A DNA stretch of 64,000 bases from Candidatus Hydrogenedentota bacterium. Its GTDB lineage: Bacteria > Hydrogenedentota > Hydrogenedentia > Hydrogenedentales > JAEUWI01. The stretch's first letter is position 1. Each line of letters opens with the position of its first letter. Location: assembly GCA_034669905.1 (NCBI GenBank), contig JAXMOL010000032.1:25097-89096 (forward strand), read 5' to 3'. The translations under genes were made by a program, and so were the position numbers. Of this stretch, positions 58,454 to 64,000 are shown piece after piece. The notes beneath the pieces are model-generated. The model did not search any database. It saw only the letters and a list, made by a program, of their open reading frames with translations, and was not told the DNA's origin.

Positions 58454-61246
58454 ATGTCGGAAGAGCGTAAGACCATTCATGTTGTATCCAATTCGCACTG
58501 GGACCGGGAGTGGGGCTACCCCTTCGAAGAAACCCGCCTGCTCCTGCTGGACTTTATGGATGAACTGCTGGATCTGCTTGACAGCGACCCCGATTTCAAG
58601 TCCTTCACCATGGATTCCCAGACCCTCTGCGTAGAGGATTACCTGGAATTGCGCCCGGAAATGCGCGCCACCGTGGAAAAACACGTCCGCTCGGGGCGCC
58701 TGATCGTGGGGCCCTGGTACAGCCTTCCGGAAGAGTATATCGTCAACGGCGAGTCCCTGGTGCGCAACCTGGTCGTCGGCCATCGGGTGGCCGATGCGCT
58801 GGGCGGCTGTTCCAAAACAGGCTATACGCCCTTCAGCTACGGGCAGACCTCCCAGATCCCTCAGATTTACCAGGGCTTCGGCATCGACACCATCATCTTC
58901 TACCGGGGTATCAACACCCCGAAAAGCGAATTCTTGCTGGAAGGGGTCGATGGCAGCCGACTCCTGGGCATGCGCTTTGGCTGTATGAGCCGCTTCAGCT
59001 ATTACGTCTACGTCTACCGGGTACTCCGCTATGGCAGTGATGATGTCTTCAAGCGTTATGACTGGGACCGGGGTGCGGCCCCTTTCCGCATGGCCGGGGA
59101 CGACCGCCCGCGGAGTCACTATTACGTCCTCGACGACCAGAAGAAACAGTGGAATGAGGGGCCCATTCGTGACCAACTCCTGAAGCTGGTCCGCGATGAG
59201 TCGGAGCACTTCACCACCCGCCATATCTGCTGCATGCAGGGCTTTGACACCTCCAATCCTGACCCCAAAGAGTCGGACATCATCAAAACGTGTCAGGAAT
59301 TACTGCCCGAGCACGACATCAAGCTCTCCAACCTGAAAGACTACATGGAAGCCATGCGCGCGGAGGTCGGGGAGCTGGAACCCATCCCGGGAGAGTGGCG
59401 TGACCCTGGCTCGGTGGGGAAATGGACCCACCTCTATGGCGATGTCATCAGTGCCCGGCAAATCCTGAAAAAAGCCAACAACGCGGCCGAGGTCAATCTC
59501 CAGCGTAAGGCAGAGCCGTGGAGTGCCATCGGGAAAATGGCCGGCGGGCGCTATGAGAAAAGTGCGCTGGACCGCTGTTGGAAGCTGCTCCTGAAAAACC
59601 ACCCCCACGACACCATCACCGGCGCGGGCATTGACCAGATGGAGAAGGATTCCCTCTTCCGGGTGGACCAGATAAACATTATCAGTGAGGGACTCACCCG
59701 CCGGGGCATGCAGGCGGTCCAGATTGCCGTCGACAATAGTGACCTGGATGCCAAAGACGCGGTACTCACCGTCTTCAACGGCACCCCCTTCCCCCGCAGC
59801 GGCGTAGTGTCCGCCTACATCGACCTCCCGGACAACATGGGTTATGAGGCGTTCCGCATTGAAACCCCCGATGGCCAACCGGCCGGGCGCATCCAGGTGA
59901 AGGAACAGTTCCCCTGGTGTTCGCTGGTCCGCAATCTCCAGGATGTGTCCATTGAACTGAACAGCCTGCGGGTACGGTGTCACGTGGAGGTTTCCAACAT
60001 CCCCGCCTTCGGTTATCAGACCTTCCATCTCGTGCGGGAAGAAAAGTTCGTGAGTGAAGCGGGCACCCTTGCCCCCGAGACGAACGTGTTGGAAAACGAG
60101 CATCTGCGGGTCCGATTCAATGCCGATGGCACCCTCAACCTGACCCAGAAAGACACGGGAAATACCTTCGAAAACATCCACTATCTCGAGGATTCGGGCG
60201 AAACGGGCCACAGTTGGGTGCATATGGAACCCGACGACAACGCCGTCATTACGTCCCACGGTTTTCCCTGCACTATCGCGCTGGAAGAGTCCGGCCCCCT
60301 GTTGGCCCGCATGCGGGTGGATTATCACCTCCAGATCCCCGTCACCATCGAGGACGAACTGGATGAGCATTTTCGGGGAGAGCGCATGGACCATACGCGG
60401 CGCACCCGGGAAAGCCGTGAAATGGTGGTAAGCAGCCGCTTTACCTTGCGGGCGGGTCAAAAACGTCTGGACGTGCTAACCCGTTTTGAAAACACCTGTA
60501 AGCATCACCGGCTCCGGGTAGTCTTCCCCACGCGCCTCCAGTGTGATCGCACGGACTCGGAGGCGGGCTTTGATGTGATCTCCCGGGACATCCACGTCAA
60601 AAAGGGCAACGCGTACTACGGCAAGCCCAACCCCCAGTATCCCATGCACCGCTTTGTAGACATGACCGATGGCAAACAGGGTTTTGCCGTACTGAACAAC
60701 TCGGGCCTCCGCGAATATGAAGCCATGGACCGGGCAGACCGCCCCCTGGCCATCACCCTCATGCGGGCCTTCACTTATCGTAACTGTCCCATCTTCGGGC
60801 GCTTCGAGACCCACCCCGAGATGACGCGTTCCCAGTGCCTCGGAGAACACGAATACAGCTACGCCCTCTACCCCCACGGGGGCGACTGGGAAAACGGTGT
60901 CTTCGCGGAGGCGGAAGACCTGAACCTGCCGCTCGAGCCCGCCCAGGCCGGCCCCCACGAGGGCACCTTGCCCAAAGGCATGGGCTTTGTGGAATTGACA
61001 GGCGACAACCTCCAGCTCACCGCCTTCAAGCAGGCCGAAGACCGCCCAGACAGCTATGTGGTGCGACTTTTTAACCCCACGGAACGAACGATAAACGGTA
61101 CGCTGAAGCTTTGCCGCCCCCTGAAGGCCGCCTGGCGCACAAATCTGAATGAGGAGCGACAGGAGGAATTGAAGGTCGCGGGCCAGACCATAGCGCTTGA
61201 AGTTGCGAAGAAGAAGATCGTGACACTGGAATTGGTGTTGACCTGA
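58454..61246 (+). CDS. GH38 alpha-mannosidase-family glycoside hydrolase
   Basis: SHWDREW, VGPWY, GESLVRNL, HPHDTITG; AGGAGG RBS before ATG 58454. Confidence 0.9.
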   Translation: MSEERKTIHVVSNSHWDREWGYPFEETRLLLLDFMDELLDLLDSDPDFKSFTMDSQTLCVEDYLELRPEMRATVEKHVRSGRLIVGPWYSLPEEYIVNGESLVRNLVVGHRVADALGGCSKTGYTPFSYGQTSQIPQIYQGFGIDTIIFYRGINTPKSEFLLEGVDGSRLLGMRFGCMSRFSYYVYVYRVLRYGSDDVFKRYDWDRGAAPFRMAGDDRPRSHYYVLDDQKKQWNEGPIRDQLLKLVRDESEHFTTRHICCMQGFDTSNPDPKESDIIKTCQELLPEHDIKLSNLKDYMEAMRAEVGELEPIPGEWRDPGSVGKWTHLYGDVISARQILKKANNAAEVNLQRKAEPWSAIGKMAGGRYEKSALDRCWKLLLKNHPHDTITGAGIDQMEKDSLFRVDQINIISEGLTRRGMQAVQIAVDNSDLDAKDAVLTVFNGTPFPRSGVVSAYIDLPDNMGYEAFRIETPDGQPAGRIQVKEQFPWCSLVRNLQDVSIELNSLRVRCHVEVSNIPAFGYQTFHLVREEKFVSEAGTLAPETNVLENEHLRVRFNADGTLNLTQKDTGNTFENIHYLEDSGETGHSWVHMEPDDNAVITSHGFPCTIALEESGPLLARMRVDYHLQIPVTIEDELDEHFRGERMDHTRRTRESREMVVSSRFTLRAGQKRLDVLTRFENTCKHHRLRVVFPTRLQCDRTDSEAGFDVISRDIHVKKGNAYYGKPNPQYPMHRFVDMTDGKQGFAVLNNSGLREYEAMDRADRPLAITLMRAFTYRNCPIFGRFETHPEMTRSQCLGEHEYSYALYPHGGDWENGVFAEAEDLNLPLEPAQAGPHEGTLPKGMGFVELTGDNLQLTAFKQAEDRPDSYVVRLFNPTERTINGTLKLCRPLKAAWRTNLNEERQEELKVAGQTIALEVAKKKIVTLELVLT

Positions 61247-61274
61247 GCCCCCCTCGTCTATTTTACTGGAACAG

Positions 61275-61303
61275 TTGACAGGGGCCATTTTTTGGCGTAC
61301 AAT
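61275..61303 (+). promoter_or_regulatory. Near-consensus sigma70 promoter upstream of the PEP-CTERM gene
   Basis: TTGACA (61275)-N17-TACAAT (61298). Confidence 0.75.
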
Positions 61304-61527
61304 TTGGCCGAATTCACGAATGGGTACTGCCCCGGAATTTCGGTGGGGTTGCACCTCAGCAACCCGGGTGAGTCTGGTGCACACTGTGTGCGCCATTCAC
61401 CGCAGCGGACACCTTGTGTTCGCCATCATTGGGCAACTACAGAAGGCCAGGTAGAGAAAACACGAAATGTGCGCGTCAATCCGTCCGTTCATTTTCCCTC
61501 TAACTTCACCTCTGTAGGAAGTCCCCC

Positions 61528-62484
61528 ATGTCTCTTCGACGTGTATGTCCCATTCTTCTGGCTGCCCTGTGCATTGCCTGCTCAGCACCAGCCATCACCG
61601 TTTCTTCCACCCTCAGCCTTGGCGGCCCCTTCGACTGGTTCACCTATTCCACGCCGAGCACCTTAAACGAGGACTGGTATGAATCCCGTGTCGGCATTAA
61701 CGGCTCCCCCATCACGGGAATCGCCAACGAGCTTGGCTTCGCCCTGCCCGGACACCCGCTGTATCGCATCGGATCTGGCCTCGACTCGACTTCCCCCGGA
61801 ACGGGCGGCCAGAATTTCGATATTGAACAGGGATTCTACGGCTTCTCCGGCAATATGTCGGGTGGCACCCTGTTCATCGGCCTGGTCACGGGCTTTGACC
61901 CGACAGGCGTGCGCTCAAACGGAGCCAACTACTTTTCGGGTGATTTCTTCCTGAATCTGGGCGACCAGACCGTCGGGCCTAACGCCGCCTATGATATCGC
62001 GCTGGGCACGTCGATAGCGGGGCCGGGCGCCAATCTCGCCGCGAATCACGCCCCCACCACGGTAAATGAAGCGACGTCCCGCCTGGGAATGGCGTGGGAT
62101 TTGACCCAGCCCTGGACCCGAACCCGTGTCAGTATTCCAGCGCACCGGCCTGTCTCTGATCCCTATCGCGTTGCCACGGGAACGGCCTATACCGGTGCCT
62201 ATGAAGTATCGTGGCTCATGGACATTCTGGGCAACCGCTCGGATCATAACCTCCTGCAAGTGGCCATCAACCTGAACCAGGCCCAGACCGCCCTGTTGGC
62301 CCAAGGTGGTTTTGGTGCCCATTGGACCATGGAGTGCGGGAACGACCTGCTCCCCATACTTGGCAGTGTGCGCATTCCTCTGGATCCGGGACCGATGAAT
62401 CCCGTTCCGGAGCCGGCGACCTTCCTCCTCCTCGGCACGGGGCTCCTGGGTATACTCTTGCGGGCCCGTCGGATGACGATTTAG
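61528..62484 (+). CDS. PEP-CTERM sorting-domain protein
   Basis: Signal peptide; HWTMECGND; C-terminal PVPEPATFLLLGTGLLGILLRARR. Confidence 0.93.
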   Translation: MSLRRVCPILLAALCIACSAPAITVSSTLSLGGPFDWFTYSTPSTLNEDWYESRVGINGSPITGIANELGFALPGHPLYRIGSGLDSTSPGTGGQNFDIEQGFYGFSGNMSGGTLFIGLVTGFDPTGVRSNGANYFSGDFFLNLGDQTVGPNAAYDIALGTSIAGPGANLAANHAPTTVNEATSRLGMAWDLTQPWTRTRVSIPAHRPVSDPYRVATGTAYTGAYEVSWLMDILGNRSDHNLLQVAINLNQAQTALLAQGGFGAHWTMECGNDLLPILGSVRIPLDPGPMNPVPEPATFLLLGTGLLGILLRARRMTI

Positions 62485-62525
62485 CACCCGGCAGTCTTTT
62501 CCTGCGGTACCCTGATGAAAACAAC

Positions 62526-62556
62526 GCGGACCGCGGACTTTCGGGTTCGCGGTCCG
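62526..62556. terminator. Hairpin between convergent genes
   Basis: CGGACCGCGGA/TTCGCGGTCCG stem. Confidence 0.55.
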
Positions 62557-62608
62557 ATTCATTTCTCTGTAGCGTGGGGCCACGCGGTAGAACGGAACCG
62601 CACCAGGA

Positions 62609-63298
62609 TTAAATGCCGAGACTACGAAGGCCCTTTTTCCCTTTTACCCCTTCATAGTGGGTGCGCTGTTCCTGGCTGAGCACCTCCGACGCTACCCAGC
62701 GCTCCAAGTCCAGAAAGGCCGCGGCGCTGGGATTGACCGCCCCCTGATTGAGCGCCTGGGCAACGGCTTCGGGGCCCGTCTGGGAGATAGCCGCAACCTG
62801 CTCCGCACTGAGCCCCAGGGGCTCCATCGTCGTCAGCAAACGGGTGGACACCTCATGACCCTGCCATTGAATCTGTTGCGACGGCGTCAGCGCATCCAGA
62901 ATAGCTTGTTCACCGTCCTCTACGATCTTTCGCAATGCCTCCCGGAGGGGGGTGGCCGCTTGGGTCGACGCTCGCACCCCCGCGAGATCCTGGTTCCGGG
63001 CTGCTACGGCCATCTCTGACTCGAGTGCAATGAGCTTTTGCCCCCGCTCTCCCGCCAGAAAGTTCTCGAAAGCCATATCCCGGGCCTCGAATGCGGCCGC
63101 CACCCGATCGGCGTCCGCCCCGGACAATCCGAGCACCGCTATCATTGACGCCCGCTTCTCATCTGGAGGGCCCTCCGCACGGAGCTTCGCCTCCACTTCT
63201 TCCTGCATGCCGGCTGGAGGCCCCTCTTCCACCGGCGCACAACCGACCACGCCCAATCCTATACCAAAAACGATTGCACACTTCGTAACGATTCTCAA
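62609..63298 (-). CDS. Helical lipoprotein (Spy/LTXXQ-like motifs)
   Basis: Lipobox VVGC; LTPSQQ, LSAEQ and LSQEQ motifs. Confidence 0.65.
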   Translation of the reverse strand: MRIVTKCAIVFGIGLGVVGCAPVEEGPPAGMQEEVEAKLRAEGPPDEKRASMIAVLGLSGADADRVAAAFEARDMAFENFLAGERGQKLIALESEMAVAARNQDLAGVRASTQAATPLREALRKIVEDGEQAILDALTPSQQIQWQGHEVSTRLLTTMEPLGLSAEQVAAISQTGPEAVAQALNQGAVNPSAAAFLDLERWVASEVLSQEQRTHYEGVKGKKGLRSLGI

Positions 63299-63385
63299 CG
63301 AAAACGCTCCCTTTCTTATTCAGCCAGCCCGCGACATCCACACCGCGGACTATAGCACCACTGCCGCAATTACCTAAGCCGTCTA

Positions 63386-64000
63386 CTATTCCTCAGGACC
63401 TGATCTCGTCCACGATGCCAACAGCAGCAGCGAAACCCCGAGCAGGAACAGGTCTCCCAGTGAACGGGTGATACCCTTCATGAAGTCGGCCTTACTAAGT
63501 GGACATCCTGCTGTCGGCGTCTCACCTTCACCTTCACCTTCACCTTCACCTTCACCTTCACCTTCACCTTCACCTTCACCCGCGACAACCTGGGCTGCCA
63601 GTTCGGACGACGACAGGAAACCATCACCGTCCGTATCGATGGTGTCAAATTGAGACTGGGTCAGTCCGGAGAATACCGAAGCGGCTTCCGAAAAGCTCAG
63701 CTGTCCATCAGAATCTTCATCTGCGCTCTCAAAGGCCTCAATGAGATCTTGGGAAATCTCCATCAGTTCACCTTCGCCCTCACCTTCACCTTCACCTTCA
63801 CCTTCACCTTCACCTTCACCTTCACCTTCGCCTTCGCCTTCGCCTTCGCCTTCGCCTTCGCCTTCGCCTTCGCCCTCGCCTTCGCCTTCGCCTTCGCCTT
63901 CGCCTTCGCCTTCGCCTTCGCCTTCGCCTTCGCCTTCACCTTCACCTTCGCCTTCGCCTTCGCCTTCGCCTTCGCCTTCGCCTTCGCCTTCGCCTTCACC
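63386..64000 (-). CDS. C-terminal part of a surface protein: (GE)>=39 - EF-hand pair - (GE)10 - Cys/TM tail (5' end outside window)
   Basis: The frame reads ...GGT GAA CTG ATG with no stop up to the window edge; EF-hands DEDSDGQLSFSE and DTDGDGFLSSSE. Confidence 0.9.
   Translation of the reverse strand, partial: GEGEGEGEGEGEGEGEGEGEGEGEGEGEGEGEGEGEGEGEGEGEGEGEGEGEGEGEGEGEGEGEGEGEGEGEGEGEGELMEISQDLIEAFESADEDSDGQLSFSEAASVFSGLTQSQFDTIDTDGDGFLSSSELAAQVVAGEGEGEGEGEGEGEGEGEGETPTAGCPLSKADFMKGITRSLGDLFLLGVSLLLLASWTRSGPEE
63521..63580 (-). repeat. Hexamer repeat encoding (Gly-Glu)10
   Basis: 10 x GGTGAR on the coding strand. Confidence 0.95.
63767..64000 (-). repeat. Hexamer repeat encoding (Gly-Glu)>=39
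   Basis: 234 bp = 39 GGYGAR units; only synonymous positions vary. Confidence 0.95.

Noticed and set aside
61293..61307. Sigma54 promoter for the PEP-CTERM gene
   Set aside because: TGGCGTACAATTTGG has GG instead of GC at -12, and a consensus sigma70 promoter explains the same bases.
63763..63999. 78-aa (KA/KV)n histone-like ORF
   Set aside because: Alternative frame of the GE repeat; nucleotide variation is synonymous only in the Gly-Glu frame.
1..64000. CRISPR array or cas genes
   Set aside because: No regularly spaced repeat-spacer array or cas-like ORF was seen.

Overview
GC-rich bacterial chromosome segment. The long (Gly-Glu)n/EF-hand surface protein, the PEP-CTERM protein and the membrane-extended ECF sigma factor suggest Candidatus Hydrogenedentes or a similar lineage (inference only). 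Main points: (1) A ~6.7-kb integrative element sits in the 3' end of tRNA-Arg(CCG) with a 56-bp exact att repeat. It encodes a tyrosine integrase, a Rep_trans rolling-circle initiator with a candidate nick hairpin, an excisionase-like protein, and an AT-rich three-gene cargo operon that looks like a chaperone/antitoxin/ADP-ribosyltransferase-type defence module. (2) A tightly coupled five-gene operon (21627-30366) joins a B12/radical-SAM-like protein that has lost all three cluster cysteines, a ketosynthase with a Cys-His-Gln triad, a 7TM-GAF-PAS kinase, a His->Gln pseudokinase and a sigma54 activator. Its promoter shares a GTACA-N4-TGTAC palindrome with a sigma54 promoter 16 kb away, and shares tandem NrdR-like boxes with an HDOD kinase gene. 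(3) There is a ~180-nt structured RNA candidate at 35057-35236. The rest is metabolic, signalling and envelope genes (PFOR, GH38, PfkB, OmpA, hybrid kinases, SGNH hydrolases). All calls come from reading motifs by eye; no database searches were run.
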